64,000 nucleotides of DNA from contig JAZLLY010000016.1 of the NCBI GenBank assembly GCA_045598385.1, positions 153-64,152 of the forward strand, written 5' to 3'. The DNA is from Eubacteriales bacterium (GTDB lineage: Bacteria > Bacillota > Clostridia > Oscillospirales > CAG-272). Positions 37,497 to 48,938 of the stretch are shown here, piece after piece; position 1 is the stretch's first letter, and each line of letters opens with the position of its first letter. Both the position numbers and the translations under genes were made by a program. Below the pieces are notes generated by a model. The model was not told where the DNA came from, made no database searches, and worked only from the letters and a program-made list of their open reading frames with translations.

Positions 37497-39395
37497 ATGG
37501 AAGACCTTGCCGGATATTACTTTCATCAGGGAACCAATTTTCGCGCTTACGAATATCTCGGCTGTCACTTGTTATCCGACGACGACGGCTTTCGTTACGT
37601 TTTCAGAGTTTGGGCACCCAATGCCGTTTCGGTTTCACTTGTTGGGGATTTCTGTTCGTGGGATACTCCCGTTCCGATGCGGAAAGTAACTTCAAACGGT
37701 GTATATGAAGTTGAAATAACTTCCGACGTCTCTCTCGAACGGCAGAATTATAAATACAGCATTGAGGGCAGAGACGGGGTTTTTCGGTACAAAGGGGATC
37801 CTTACGCCGCCATGTCGCGCGGAAAAGCCGACGGGGCATCCGTCATTTTCACGGGATCGCGGCACGTCTGGCACGATGATGCTTATCTGCGATCGAGAAG
37901 AAAAAAGATCGCTTTCGACGGTACGGGTTTTGTTTCCGTTCCGATTCACGTTTACGAAGTTCATTTTTCGAGTTTTATCCGCGTGGATGATAAAATCCCC
38001 TCATACCGGGAAATGGCGGATATTCTGATTCCGTACGTTAAGGTCATGGGCTTCACGCACGTTGAGTTTTTGCCCCTCACCGAGTATCCGTACGACGGTT
38101 CGTGGGGGTATCAGGTCGGTGCATTTTTCGCCCCGACTTCAAGATTCGGTGATCCCGACGACTTTCGATATCTCATTGACGCCTTTCACAAAAACGGGAT
38201 CGGCGTGATCCTCGACTGGGTTCCCGCCCATTTTCCGAAAGACGAGTGGGGACTTTACGAGTTTGACGGACAACCTCTTTACGAATATCAAGGGAAAGAC
38301 CGGCAGGAGTCATCATCCTGGGGAACCCGATTTTTTGATCTCGGAAGAGAAGAAGTCCAGTCATTTCTGATCTCCAACGCCTTGTATTATCTGCGTGAGT
38401 TTCACGTGGATGGCCTCCGCGTTGACGCCGTCGCCTCGATGCTTTATCTCGATTACGACAGAAAGCCCGGGGAGTGGTGTCCGAACATCTACGGCGGGCG
38501 TGAGAATCTCGAAGCTGTCTCATTTCTGAAAAAACTGAACAGCGCCGTCCTCGGCGAAATACCGGACGTCCTGATGATCGCTGAAGAATCGACGGCGTTT
38601 CCCGGTGTTACACACCCCGTTTCGGAGGGGGGGCTCGGTTTCAGTCTGAAATGGAACATGGGATTTGCCAACGATTATTTCGACTATCTTACGATGGATC
38701 CCGTTTATCGAAAATATCATCATGACGCCCTGACATTTCCTTTGATGTACGCGTATTCCGAAAATTACGTTCTTCCCATTTCTCACGACGAAGTCGTACA
38801 CGGAAAACTCTCGTTCATCAATAAAATGAACGGTGATTACGAAAACAAATTTCTGCAGGCGAGAACGGCGCTGATGCTTCTTATGACATATCCGGGGAAG
38901 AAAATGATGTTCATGGGAACAGAGTTTGCGCAGTTCCGCGAATGGGATTATGAGAATCCCCTCGAATGGTTCATGCTCGATTACGACAATCACCGAGAGT
39001 TCCGTGATTATGTCATGGCGCTCAATCATTTTTATCTTTCCCGCAGCGAACTCTGGCAGGATGACTTTTCTCCCTCCGGTTTTTCATGGATCTTACCCGA
39101 TGAAAACGCCAAAAACGCCGTTGCCTTCAAACGACGAAACCGAAAAGGAGAAGAACTCATCGTTTTGCTCAGTTTTTCGGGAGCGGAGCAGACGCTTCGG
39201 ATTCCTTTGAGTGCCGGTTCTTATCTTCGGTTGATGTTCGCTTCTCACGACAGTGTCAGACCTGCCCTTGACCGCATGAAAAAAGAGAGTAAAACCAAAG
39301 AATACGGCGATATCACCTTGCCGCCGTTTTGCGGCGTTATCCTCAAAGAAATCAAACGTAAAACTTTTTACAGAATTCCCGACAACGAAATCTGA
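37497..39395 (+). CDS. glgB: 1,4-alpha-glucan branching enzyme
   Basis: FRVWAPNA, SWGYQV, LDWVPAHF, GLRVDAVASM, IAEEST, ISHDEVVHGK. Confidence 0.96.
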   Translation: MEDLAGYYFHQGTNFRAYEYLGCHLLSDDDGFRYVFRVWAPNAVSVSLVGDFCSWDTPVPMRKVTSNGVYEVEITSDVSLERQNYKYSIEGRDGVFRYKGDPYAAMSRGKADGASVIFTGSRHVWHDDAYLRSRRKKIAFDGTGFVSVPIHVYEVHFSSFIRVDDKIPSYREMADILIPYVKVMGFTHVEFLPLTEYPYDGSWGYQVGAFFAPTSRFGDPDDFRYLIDAFHKNGIGVILDWVPAHFPKDEWGLYEFDGQPLYEYQGKDRQESSSWGTRFFDLGREEVQSFLISNALYYLREFHVDGLRVDAVASMLYLDYDRKPGEWCPNIYGGRENLEAVSFLKKLNSAVLGEIPDVLMIAEESTAFPGVTHPVSEGGLGFSLKWNMGFANDYFDYLTMDPVYRKYHHDALTFPLMYAYSENYVLPISHDEVVHGKLSFINKMNGDYENKFLQARTALMLLMTYPGKKMMFMGTEFAQFREWDYENPLEWFMLDYDNHREFRDYVMALNHFYLSRSELWQDDFSPSGFSWILPDENAKNAVAFKRRNRKGEELIVLLSFSGAEQTLRIPLSAGSYLRLMFASHDSVRPALDRMKKESKTKEYGDITLPPFCGVILKEIKRKTFYRIPDNEI

Positions 39396-39429
39396 TTCAA
39401 GAAAATCTTTATAGAAAGCGGATAACAAT

Positions 39430-40584
39430 ATGTATTGCAAAAAAGAATGTATTGCCATGTTACTTGCCGGTGGGCAGGGATCCCGTCTTTACGATCTGAC
39501 AAAACAAACCGCAAAACCCGCCGTTTCTTACGGAGGAAAGTACAAGATCATTGACTTTCCTCTTTCCAACTGCATTAATTCGGGAATTGATACCGTGGGT
39601 GTTCTCACTCAGTATCAGCCGCTCGCGCTGAACGAGTATATCGGAAACGGTGAGCCCTGGGATCTTGACCGTATGCGCGGTGGTCTTTCCGTTCTTCCGC
39701 CTTATCAGGGTACCCATTCTTCCGACTGGTATAAGGGTACAGCTAACGCCATTTATCAGAATATTCCTTTCATCAATCAGTACGATCCCGATTACGTACT
39801 GATCCTTTCGGGCGACCATATTTACCGTATGGATTACGCCAAAATGCTCGAGCAGCATAAGAAGACCGGCGCTGCCTGTACCGTCGCGACGATCACCGTG
39901 CCGATGGAAGAGGCGTCCCGCTTCGGTATTTGCAATACCAATCCCGACGGTTCGATCTACGAGTTCGAGGAAAAGCCGAAAAAACCCAAGAATAATCAGG
40001 CATCCATGGGCATTTATATCTTTACGACGAAAAAACTCATTGACTATCTGACGATCGACGAAGAAGACAAGACGTCTTCCAACGATTTCGGCAAGAACGT
40101 TATTCCGAATCTCCTTGCGCACGGGGAAAAACTTTATGCTTACGCTTTTTCCGGATACTGGAAAGACGTAGGAACCATCGCTTCTTTGTGGGAATCCAAT
40201 ATGGATCTTCTCGGTGAAACTCCGATATTGAATCTCGCCGACGCGAATTTCCGTATTTATTCCCGTAATTCCGCACGTCCGCCTCAGTTTATCGGCAGAA
40301 ACGCGTCGATTGTCAATTCGCGTATTTCCGAGGGATGCCGTATCTACGGTAATGTCGAAAATTCCATTCTTTCCGGCGGTGTCGTCATTGAAGAAGGCGC
40401 GATCGTCAAAGACTCCGTGATCATGGAAGACGTTATCGTCCGCAAGGATGCCAGGATTTTTACTTCCATTATCGATTCCGATTCCACGATCGGCGAAAAC
40501 AGTACCGTAGGTATTGACGGCGCCGATAAATCCAACATCACCGTTGTCGCGAAGGGCAGTATCGTTCCTTCGGTCAATATGTAA
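39430..40584 (+). CDS. glgC: Glucose-1-phosphate adenylyltransferase
   Basis: [29 protein letters not shown]. Confidence 0.96.
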   Translation: MYCKKECIAMLLAGGQGSRLYDLTKQTAKPAVSYGGKYKIIDFPLSNCINSGIDTVGVLTQYQPLALNEYIGNGEPWDLDRMRGGLSVLPPYQGTHSSDWYKGTANAIYQNIPFINQYDPDYVLILSGDHIYRMDYAKMLEQHKKTGAACTVATITVPMEEASRFGICNTNPDGSIYEFEEKPKKPKNNQASMGIYIFTTKKLIDYLTIDEEDKTSSNDFGKNVIPNLLAHGEKLYAYAFSGYWKDVGTIASLWESNMDLLGETPILNLADANFRIYSRNSARPPQFIGRNASIVNSRISEGCRIYGNVENSILSGGVVIEEGAIVKDSVIMEDVIVRKDARIFTSIIDSDSTIGENSTVGIDGADKSNITVVAKGSIVPSVNM

Positions 40585-40596
40585 GGAGGGATCCGT

Positions 40597-41730
40597 ATGC
40601 ATACGTACAGTACCGCCGGCATTATCTTTTCCAATCTGAATGACAACACCCTGTCCGAACTCACACAGGACAGAACGGTTGCGGCGATCCCCTTTGCCTG
40701 CCGCTACCGCCTTGTCGATTTTTGTCTTTCCAACATGGTGAATGCGAATATTTCGCACATCAATATCGTCGCCAATTATAATTACCGTTCCCTTGCCGAT
40801 CATATCGGAAGCGGAAAAGACTGGGACCTTGCGAGACGGAAAGGCGGTATCAATTTTATTTCTCCGTACCAGACCTCGCATACTTCTTCCTCAAAACTGT
40901 ATTCTTATCATTTGGACGCTCTCAAAAACATGAAAGAATACATAAATGAATTCAAAGAAGAATACGTCGTTCTCATGGACGCCGACAATATTTATAACAT
41001 TGATCTGTCGGAACTGATCCGTCAGCACATGAAAACGGATGCCAATATCACTATTATTACCAAGAGAGCGACCCCCGATTACACGACCAATCATCCGAGA
41101 ATGATGATCTCTTCCGTCGCCGGAAAGATCACCGATATCAAGACCGGTACGGAATACGACGAAAAAGATCCCGAGGTCTCGCTCAATACCTTCATTATGA
41201 AGACTTCGTATCTGCGTACGCTCATCGCACGGGCGGAAAAAGAGAAGATCGAGAGTCTGACGGAGATTATTCTTCATTCCTTCAAATATGAGAATTTCCG
41301 GTCCTATTGTTTCCCGGGCTATGTCGCATCGGTTTCGACTTTCATGGATTATTACCACTGTTCCATGGAGATCACGCAGAACGAGCAGGCGAGAGAATCT
41401 CTTCTGACCAAGAAAAACTCCCCGATATTTACCAAGATTCACAATTCCGTTCCCACGATGTATCTTGAGGGCGCCAAGGTCGAAAACTCCCTGATCGCCG
41501 ATGACTGCGTCATTCAGGGTACCGTTATCAATTCCGTGATTTCGAGAAACGTGCATATAGCCAAAGGCGCCGTCGTCAAGAACTCCGTTCTGTTTTGGGG
41601 TTGCAACGTCGGCCCGAATGCGCAGCTGAATTGCGTCGTTGCCGATAAAGACGTGACGATCACCGATTCCGTCAATATTTCCGGAAACAAGAATTTGCCT
41701 ATCTACATTGAAAAAATGCGTAAGGTATAA
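40597..41730 (+). CDS. glgD: ADP-glucose pyrophosphorylase subunit GlgD
   Basis: RTVAAIPFACRYRLVDF, HIGSGKDWDLARRKGG; lacks the LAGG motif. Confidence 0.92.
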   Translation: MHTYSTAGIIFSNLNDNTLSELTQDRTVAAIPFACRYRLVDFCLSNMVNANISHINIVANYNYRSLADHIGSGKDWDLARRKGGINFISPYQTSHTSSSKLYSYHLDALKNMKEYINEFKEEYVVLMDADNIYNIDLSELIRQHMKTDANITIITKRATPDYTTNHPRMMISSVAGKITDIKTGTEYDEKDPEVSLNTFIMKTSYLRTLIARAEKEKIESLTEIILHSFKYENFRSYCFPGYVASVSTFMDYYHCSMEITQNEQARESLLTKKNSPIFTKIHNSVPTMYLEGAKVENSLIADDCVIQGTVINSVISRNVHIAKGAVVKNSVLFWGCNVGPNAQLNCVVADKDVTITDSVNISGNKNLPIYIEKMRKV

Positions 41731-41733
41731 TTT

Positions 41734-43164
41734 ATGAAAGTCTTATTCGTAGCGAGTGAAGCCAATCCTTTTGCCGCCAGCGGCGGACTCGGCGATGTAA
41801 TGGGTGCACTGCCGAAAACTCTTGTGAAAACCGACAAAACCGTAAGCGCTTCCGTCATTCTGCCGCTTTACGGCAGTGTGAAAGAAGAATACCGCCAGAA
41901 AATGAAGAAAGTCGCCGATCTTTCTTTCCCTCTTTCCTGGAGAAATACCGGCGCTTCCGTGTTTTCTCTCAAAGTTTCCGGCGTGAACTATCTTTTTATC
42001 GAAAACCATTACTATTTCAAACGTGATACCCTTTACGGTCAGTCGGATGACGGCGAGCGTTTTGCATTCTTTTCGACAGCCGTCGTGGAGTACATGAAAG
42101 CGACGGGTGATATCCCGGATATTCTTCATGCCAACGACTGGCAGTCTGCGTTGACGGTCATTTATCTGAAGACCGAATATTCGCATCTTTCGATCTTCTC
42201 AAAGATCAAAACCATCTATACGATACACAATATCGAATATCAGGGTAAATTTGATCCTTACATTCTCGGCGACGTTTTCGGTTTGAGTGCGAAGTATTAT
42301 CACACGGTCGAATTTGACGGTTGCATCAATCTGATGAAAGGTGCGATCACGCTTTCCGACTACGTTTCGACCGTCAGTCCGAATTACGCGAACGAACTGC
42401 GCCACGATTTCTTTGCTTTCGGACTTGCCGACGTTATTTCCTCGGTTTCCGGTAAAATGCGGGGTATCATCAACGGCATTGATTACTCGTATTTTTCACC
42501 CGAAAAGGGTGGGGACATCACCTTGCCGTACGGAATCAAAGATCTTAAATCCGGAAAGGCAGCCAATAAAACCGCGCTTCAGCAAGAACTCGGGCTTACC
42601 GTTCATTCGGACGTGCCGATGCTTGCCATGATCACCCGTCTGACCGCAGGAAAAGGAATGGATCTTGTTTTGCGGATCCTCGACGAGCTGCTCTGCGAGA
42701 ACGTGCAGGTCGTTATCCTCGGTACCGGGAACGCGGAATATGAAGAGGCGATCCGCGCCGCAGAATCACGCCATCCCGCGAATATGCGTGCCCTCGTAAA
42801 ATTTGATCGCACACTCTCGAAGAAACTCTATGCAGCATCCGATATTTTCCTGATGCCTTCGAAGAGCGAACCCTGCGGCCTTTCGCAGATGATCGCCTGT
42901 TCTTACGGGACCGTTCCCGTCGTTCGTTCCGTAGGCGGACTTTACGATTCGATCCGTGCCTACGGGGAAGAGGGTGCGAACGGCTTCCGATTCGATAATT
43001 ACAATGCGCATGAACTTTTGTTCACGGTCAAACGTGCCTTGTCACTTTACCGTGAAGAAAAAGAGTGGGATAAACTCGTACTCACCGCGAAAAAATCCGA
43101 TTTTTCATGGAACAGATCCGCGGCACAGTATCTCGATATGTATAACACCGTGCTTCGGTGGTAA
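41734..43164 (+). CDS. glgA: Glycogen synthase
   Basis: SGGLGDV, HANDWQ, TIHNIEYQG, EPCGLSQM. Confidence 0.95.
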   Translation: MKVLFVASEANPFAASGGLGDVMGALPKTLVKTDKTVSASVILPLYGSVKEEYRQKMKKVADLSFPLSWRNTGASVFSLKVSGVNYLFIENHYYFKRDTLYGQSDDGERFAFFSTAVVEYMKATGDIPDILHANDWQSALTVIYLKTEYSHLSIFSKIKTIYTIHNIEYQGKFDPYILGDVFGLSAKYYHTVEFDGCINLMKGAITLSDYVSTVSPNYANELRHDFFAFGLADVISSVSGKMRGIINGIDYSYFSPEKGGDITLPYGIKDLKSGKAANKTALQQELGLTVHSDVPMLAMITRLTAGKGMDLVLRILDELLCENVQVVILGTGNAEYEEAIRAAESRHPANMRALVKFDRTLSKKLYAASDIFLMPSKSEPCGLSQMIACSYGTVPVVRSVGGLYDSIRAYGEEGANGFRFDNYNAHELLFTVKRALSLYREEKEWDKLVLTAKKSDFSWNRSAAQYLDMYNTVLRW

Positions 43165-43193
43165 AATGTTTTATAAAAGATTGGATAATATCA

Positions 43194-45653
43194 ATGAATC
43201 ATTCTTCTGAAAATAAGAAAACGGAACTCCCTTCTCAAACGGATATCGGCGAAAAGATAATCCAGAAACTGATCGCCAGAGGTATCTCGGATCCCAAACT
43301 CGCGACAGATGAACAAATGTATCACGCCGTCGTATCGGCGGTCAAAGACATACTCGGAGAAAACCGGGAAAACTTCACGAGACTTGCCAAACAAACGTCG
43401 GCGAAACGCGTTTGTTATCTCTGTATGGAATTTCTCGTCGGACGCTCTCTGAAAAACTACCTCATGAATATGGGACTTTACGACAGTGTGTGCCGATTCC
43501 TGTCGGAGAGCGGGACATCTTTTGAAAAGATCTACGCCTGTGAAGCGGATCCGGGACTCGGAAACGGCGGTCTCGGCAGACTTGCCGCCTGCTTCATGGA
43601 TTCACTGACCGCAAAAGACTATTTTGCAAACGGGTATTCGCTGCTTTATGAAAACGGTCTTTTCAAACAAAAGATCATTGAAGGAGAGCAGGTCGAACTT
43701 CCCGATGATTGGATCCCCGGCGGCGGTGCTTGGCTTTTTCCTCATCCCGAGAAGAGCATTTCCGTCCGCTTCGGCGGAAAGATCACAGAATCGTGGGCGA
43801 ACGGGGAATGTAAGATCACGCATACCGAATACGACGAAGTGAAAGCCGTTCCCTACGATCTTCTGATCCCGGGTACCGTCAGCAACGCGACGAATTCCAT
43901 TCGGCTTTGGAGAGCGCGTCAACCTTATTCCGGCATCAACGGCTACGATATTTCGCAGAGTTCATACGTCCGTCATCTCAATGAAGCGGACAGCGTCGAG
44001 ATCATCACAAAGCAGTTGTATCCGCCGGACGATCATGATGAAGGCAAACTTTTGCGTCTGACGCAACAGTATTTTCTTGTTTCTGCCTCACTTCAAAGTA
44101 TCATTCGGGATTATTTCAGTTCCAAAGGTTCGCTTGAAGGGTTTGAAGACAATATCGCGATCCATATCAACGATACGCATCCCGCACTTTGTATTCCCGA
44201 ACTTATGCGCATTTTTATGGATGTATATTCTTTTTCCTGGGAAGACGCCTGGCGCATCGTTACCAAATGCGTTTCCTATACGAATCATACGGTTTTACCC
44301 GAAGCCCTCGAATGTTGGCGCGTCGATCTCTTTTCAATCAAACTTCCGAGAATATATAATATCGTTCTCGAGATCAACCGCCGATTCACCACCGATCTTT
44401 GGAATCTGTATCCCGGTGACTGGGACAGAATATCCCGTATGTCCATCGTCGCGTATAACCAGGTGAGAATGGCGAATCTTTCCGTCGTCGGTTCTCATAC
44501 CGTCAACGGGGTTTCCAAATTGCACAGTGAGATCCTCAAGAAAACCATTTTTCACGATTTTTACAAAATGGATCCCGCGAAGTTTACGAACGTTACGAAC
44601 GGCGTCGTACACCGCCGTTGGCTGAATTACGCCAATCCCGGACTTTGTTCTCTGATATCCGATCTGATCGGTGACGACTTCCGAGAGAATGCGGGAGAAC
44701 TCTCAAAACTTTCGGCATTTGCCGAAGATAAGAACGTTCTTACCCGCGTTTCCGAGATCAAACTTTCGAACAAAGTCAATTTTGCCAACTATGTGCACGA
44801 AAAGACGGGGAAGATCATTGATCCCCGATCCGTTTTTGACGTTCAGATCAAGAGAATGCACGAATATAAACGTCAGCTCCTCAACGTGCTCAAGATCATG
44901 TCGCTTTACGAGCAGATCCTCGATAATCCGAACGCCGATATTCCCCCGCAGACATTCATATTCGGTTGTAAAGCCGCGCCGGGATACGCTATGGCGAAAA
45001 AGATCATCAAACTGATCTATTTTCTTTCGGAAGAACTCGAGCGCAATCCTCTTACCAAAGACCGTTTGCGCATCGTCTTCATGGAAGAGTATAACGTTTC
45101 TCTCGCGGAAAGACTGATACCCGCCGCCGATATATCCGAACAGATCTCTCTGGCGGGTAAAGAGGCGAGCGGAACCGGCTGTATGAAACTGATGATGAAC
45201 GGTGCCGTTACTGTCGGAACGCTTGACGGAGCAAACGTGGAGATCCTCGACGCCGTCGGGGCGGATAATATGTACGTTTTCGGACTCAACACTCCGGAAG
45301 TGGAAGAACTTTGGCGCAACGGTTACGTCGCCCGTGAGTATTATCACGCGTCGGAACTCTTGCGAAAAGTCATCGACCGTTTTTCCATGCCGATAGGCGG
45401 TCAGGATTTTTCGCATATTTCCGATTATCTCGTCAACGGCGGTTACGGGATCGCCGATCCTTTTATGTGCCTTGCCGATTTTGAGTCATACACGAACGCC
45501 TATAACGCAGCCATGAAAGATTATAAAGATCCTTTGGTATGGGCTAAAAAATCCATTATCAATACGGCAAAAAGCGGCATCTTTTCTTCGGACAACAGCG
45601 TTTCGCACTACGCGTCCGAAATCTGGCACATGAAACCCGTCAGAAAAATCTGA
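43194..45653 (+). CDS. glgP: Glycogen/alpha-glucan phosphorylase
   Basis: GLGNGGLGRLAACF, INDTHP, KRMHEYKRQ, EASGTGCMK. Confidence 0.95.
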   Translation: MNHSSENKKTELPSQTDIGEKIIQKLIARGISDPKLATDEQMYHAVVSAVKDILGENRENFTRLAKQTSAKRVCYLCMEFLVGRSLKNYLMNMGLYDSVCRFLSESGTSFEKIYACEADPGLGNGGLGRLAACFMDSLTAKDYFANGYSLLYENGLFKQKIIEGEQVELPDDWIPGGGAWLFPHPEKSISVRFGGKITESWANGECKITHTEYDEVKAVPYDLLIPGTVSNATNSIRLWRARQPYSGINGYDISQSSYVRHLNEADSVEIITKQLYPPDDHDEGKLLRLTQQYFLVSASLQSIIRDYFSSKGSLEGFEDNIAIHINDTHPALCIPELMRIFMDVYSFSWEDAWRIVTKCVSYTNHTVLPEALECWRVDLFSIKLPRIYNIVLEINRRFTTDLWNLYPGDWDRISRMSIVAYNQVRMANLSVVGSHTVNGVSKLHSEILKKTIFHDFYKMDPAKFTNVTNGVVHRRWLNYANPGLCSLISDLIGDDFRENAGELSKLSAFAEDKNVLTRVSEIKLSNKVNFANYVHEKTGKIIDPRSVFDVQIKRMHEYKRQLLNVLKIMSLYEQILDNPNADIPPQTFIFGCKAAPGYAMAKKIIKLIYFLSEELERNPLTKDRLRIVFMEEYNVSLAERLIPAADISEQISLAGKEASGTGCMKLMMNGAVTVGTLDGANVEILDAVGADNMYVFGLNTPEVEELWRNGYVAREYYHASELLRKVIDRFSMPIGGQDFSHISDYLVNGGYGIADPFMCLADFESYTNAYNAAMKDYKDPLVWAKKSIINTAKSGIFSSDNSVSHYASEIWHMKPVRKI

Positions 45654-45670
45654 AATTGCAGGAGATCGCC

Positions 45671-47587
45671 ATGCGAGTTACGAACATTTTTCCGACAATC
45701 CGTTCGACCGCTTTCGGCGATCTTCTTTTCGTCCACGGTAAAACGAAAAACAGAACGACGGCATTTTGTTTACCGGACAAAGCGGGTGTATTGTTTTTCA
45801 TTCCGAGAAGTCTTTGCCCGCTTGCGGTTACTGTTGAAGTGTTTTCCGAGGATCTTTCAATCCGGTCCGTTTACACCTGTGAGTATTTCGATACGGAAAA
45901 TGAATCTGACGTGTTTCTCTTTGATTGCAGTATACTGCCCGTCGGACTCTACTATCTCCGTCCCGGATTTTCCGCGCTCGGAAATACCTATTACGGATAC
46001 AAAAAGACGCACGGGCTTATTCTGACGACCGAACAGCGCCCCCCCGATATTCAGATTTCCGTGTCGGATTTTCATAACGAATCGAATCCTCCTGTTTACG
46101 GAGGCGTCATATACCACATATTCGTGGATCGCTTCTGTAAATACGGCAGATCTTCCTATAAAGGCGATTTCGTACTCATTGACGATTGGGAAAACGGGAT
46201 GGTCGAATACCCGGCGTATCGGGGCGGGCCTTTGAAAAACAATACTTTTTTCGGCGGGACGCTCGACGGTATCAGCGAGAAACTGCCGTTTCTCAAGTCT
46301 CTCGGCGTCACGATTCTGTATCTCAGTCCTATTTTTGAAAGCCCGTCCAATCACAAATACGATACGGGTGATTACGCAAAGATTGACGATATGTTCGGCG
46401 GAGAGGCGGCATTTTCCGATTTGCTTGCCGCTTGCGCAAAGATGGGGATCGGTGTCATCCTCGACGGCGTTTTCAATCATACAGGTTCCGACAGCCGTTA
46501 CTTCAACCGTTACGGTCATTATGATTCCGTCGGGGCTTATCAGAGTCAAAAATCACCGTATTATTCCTGGTATGATTTTCAGAATTATCCCGACCGTTAC
46601 ACTTGCTGGTGGGATATTCCGATCCTGCCTCGTATCCATCCCGACGTTCCCGATTGCCGTGCTTATTTTACCGGTGAGAAAGGTATTATTCCTCGTTACA
46701 CCGAACTCGGCATTCTCGGCTTTCGACTTGACGTGGTCGATGAACTCAGCGACTCTTTTGTCGCCGATATCCGACGTGCCATGAGACAAGTCAATCCCCG
46801 TTCTTATCTGCTTGGCGAAGTCTGGGAGGATGCCTCCAATAAAATCGCCTACGGACAAAGAAAAAAGTACTATCTCGGTGAAGAACTCGACGGCGTCATG
46901 AATTATCCGCTGAGAAAAGGGCTGATAGCATATATTATGCGCGGAGATACCGAAGCCCTGAGGTACGCGCTGACGGATATTTACGAAAATGCGCCGCGGC
47001 GCATCCGTGACGCGATGATGAATTTTCTCGGGACCCATGATACCGAAAGGATCCTGACGGTTTTTGCCGACCACGATATTGCGGGACTGGATAATCACGC
47101 GTTGTCCGTTCTTCGTTGCAGCGGAGAAGAAAAAAAGGTAGCGAAGAAACGTCTGATTTCCGCCTATACCGTTCTTTCGACTTTGCCCGGTATTCCTTCG
47201 GTCTTTTACGGTGATGAAGCCGGAATGGAGGGGTATCACGATCCATTCAACCGTATGCCTTATCCGTGGGGAAAAGAAGATAAAACGATTCTACGGCGTT
47301 TTCGGAAAGCAGGCAAGATCCGTCATACGGAGAAGGTTTACGAAACCGGCGATTTTCATCTTCTTTCACTCGACCAAGATATGCTTATCTTTGCACGGAC
47401 GGACGGGGAAGATGCCTGCCTGACGGTTTTCAATCGCTCGGACAAAAGAATCTCCATAGAATTCAGCAAAAATGCAAAAGATCTCCTGTCAGAAAAGAAA
47501 AACGACCGTTTTACGGTTTTACCGCTTACGGCGAGAATATTTTCGATCAGCAGAGATACCGGATTTTCCGTTGAAAAAAGCAAATAA
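45671..47587 (+). CDS. GH13 amylopullulanase/neopullulanase-like glycosidase
   Basis: SNHKYDT, LDGVFNH, GFRLDVVDE, GEVWEDA, GTHDTER. Confidence 0.9.
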   Translation: MRVTNIFPTIRSTAFGDLLFVHGKTKNRTTAFCLPDKAGVLFFIPRSLCPLAVTVEVFSEDLSIRSVYTCEYFDTENESDVFLFDCSILPVGLYYLRPGFSALGNTYYGYKKTHGLILTTEQRPPDIQISVSDFHNESNPPVYGGVIYHIFVDRFCKYGRSSYKGDFVLIDDWENGMVEYPAYRGGPLKNNTFFGGTLDGISEKLPFLKSLGVTILYLSPIFESPSNHKYDTGDYAKIDDMFGGEAAFSDLLAACAKMGIGVILDGVFNHTGSDSRYFNRYGHYDSVGAYQSQKSPYYSWYDFQNYPDRYTCWWDIPILPRIHPDVPDCRAYFTGEKGIIPRYTELGILGFRLDVVDELSDSFVADIRRAMRQVNPRSYLLGEVWEDASNKIAYGQRKKYYLGEELDGVMNYPLRKGLIAYIMRGDTEALRYALTDIYENAPRRIRDAMMNFLGTHDTERILTVFADHDIAGLDNHALSVLRCSGEEKKVAKKRLISAYTVLSTLPGIPSVFYGDEAGMEGYHDPFNRMPYPWGKEDKTILRRFRKAGKIRHTEKVYETGDFHLLSLDQDMLIFARTDGEDACLTVFNRSDKRISIEFSKNAKDLLSEKKNDRFTVLPLTARIFSISRDTGFSVEKSK

Positions 47588-47595
47588 CGTCGCCG

Positions 47596-48714
47596 TTATT
47601 TGCTTTTTATTTTTTTCAGTTTTTCGATAAGGCGATCGACGTCGCTTTTATTGTTGAAGTAAGAAAAACTGACTCTTACGCAACCCGTTTCGTAAGTTCC
47701 GAGTTTTTTGTGAGCTAAAGGCGCACAATGAAATCCCGCCCTGACGCAAATCTCATAACGGTTGAGGTATTCCGCGATTTCCTCTGCCGAAAACGGAGGG
47801 TATAGAAAAGAAACGATACCGTTTCCCGCCGGGTAAAGAACCGAAAGGTCGTCGATCTCGCGCATTTTGTTGACACAGTACGACGTCAGTTCGTCAAGTT
47901 TTCTTCCGATCGTCTCTATACCGACAGACCTCACAAAATCAATTCCCGCGCCGAGGGTCATTATGGCAGGCGTGGAAAGTGTTCCGCCCTCCAGTCGTTC
48001 GGGCAGTGCAAGAGGCATTTCGGGATTTTTACTTTCGTTCCCGCTTCCTCCCTCGATCCAGGTGCCGAGTTCTCCGGAATCGGAAAAAACCGCGAAACCG
48101 CATCCCTGAATCCCGAATAATCCTTTATGCGCAGGAGCGCAGAGTACGTCTACCGGGTATTTTGACAGATCGAGATCCTCGTGACCTGCGATCTGTGACG
48201 CATCGGCAATAACGCAGATTCCGTATTTTTTCCGGATATCCGACAAAACGGATAAAGGCACCCGGTATCCCGAGATATTGGAGGCAAGGGAAGTTACGAT
48301 ATATTTGGTATTTTTCGTGATTCTTTTTTCTATTTCGTTTTTCGTATCGTTTCCGACGGAAAAGACAGAATAGTCGATTTTTCCCGCTTTTTTTAATTTT
48401 TCAATCGGTCTGAAAACCGCATTATGCTCAATATCGGATATTAGTACGTGGCAGAAACTTTGAATTTTCGATTTTATCGCCATATTGAGGGCGTATGTCG
48501 CGTTGGCGGTAAACACTACGTTTTCGGGATTTTGCAGATGAAAGAGCGTTGCCGTTTTTTCCCGGACCTCGTAGATTTTTTCCGACGCTTTCATAGAGAG
48601 AAAATGACTGCTTCTGCCGGGATTTCCGCCGTACAACCAAACGGCGTTTATCAGATCCCTGTAAACGCGGATCGGTTTTTGATAAGTTGTGGCGGCATTA
48701 TCAAGGTATATCAA
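47596..48714 (-). CDS. Class V PLP aminotransferase / cysteine desulfurase-like
   Basis: IYLDNAATT, EHNAV, DASQ, PAHKGLFG, RAGFHCAP. Confidence 0.88.
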   Translation of the reverse strand: MIYLDNAATTYQKPIRVYRDLINAVWLYGGNPGRSSHFLSMKASEKIYEVREKTATLFHLQNPENVVFTANATYALNMAIKSKIQSFCHVLISDIEHNAVFRPIEKLKKAGKIDYSVFSVGNDTKNEIEKRITKNTKYIVTSLASNISGYRVPLSVLSDIRKKYGICVIADASQIAGHEDLDLSKYPVDVLCAPAHKGLFGIQGCGFAVFSDSGELGTWIEGGSGNESKNPEMPLALPERLEGGTLSTPAIMTLGAGIDFVRSVGIETIGRKLDELTSYCVNKMREIDDLSVLYPAGNGIVSFLYPPFSAEEIAEYLNRYEICVRAGFHCAPLAHKKLGTYETGCVRVSFSYFNNKSDVDRLIEKLKKIKSK

Positions 48715-48938
48715 TGTTTTTTCTCACTATAAGGATAGGTTTCATACGGAACGTCGTTGTTTCGTAAGGTCATGACGGCGTTCCAATAATCGTTATCATT
48801 GAATGTGACGCCGTAGGTACAACCGCGTCTTGTTTTTTCGGCATCTACTTTGATGATTTTTGATGGAATCCCGGATCGGTTCAACAATTTTTTCGCCTTT
48901 TCAGCGTAAGTGACGGAGGGAAGTGTTACGGTTATCAT
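48711..48938 (-). CDS. DUF3343-like small protein (putative S/Se carrier)
   Basis: SVTYAEKAKKLL..GI...GCTYGV; ATGA overlap with desulfurase. Confidence 0.75.
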   Translation of the reverse strand: MITVTLPSVTYAEKAKKLLNRSGIPSKIIKVDAEKTRRGCTYGVTFNDNDYWNAVMTLRNNDVPYETYPYSEKKH

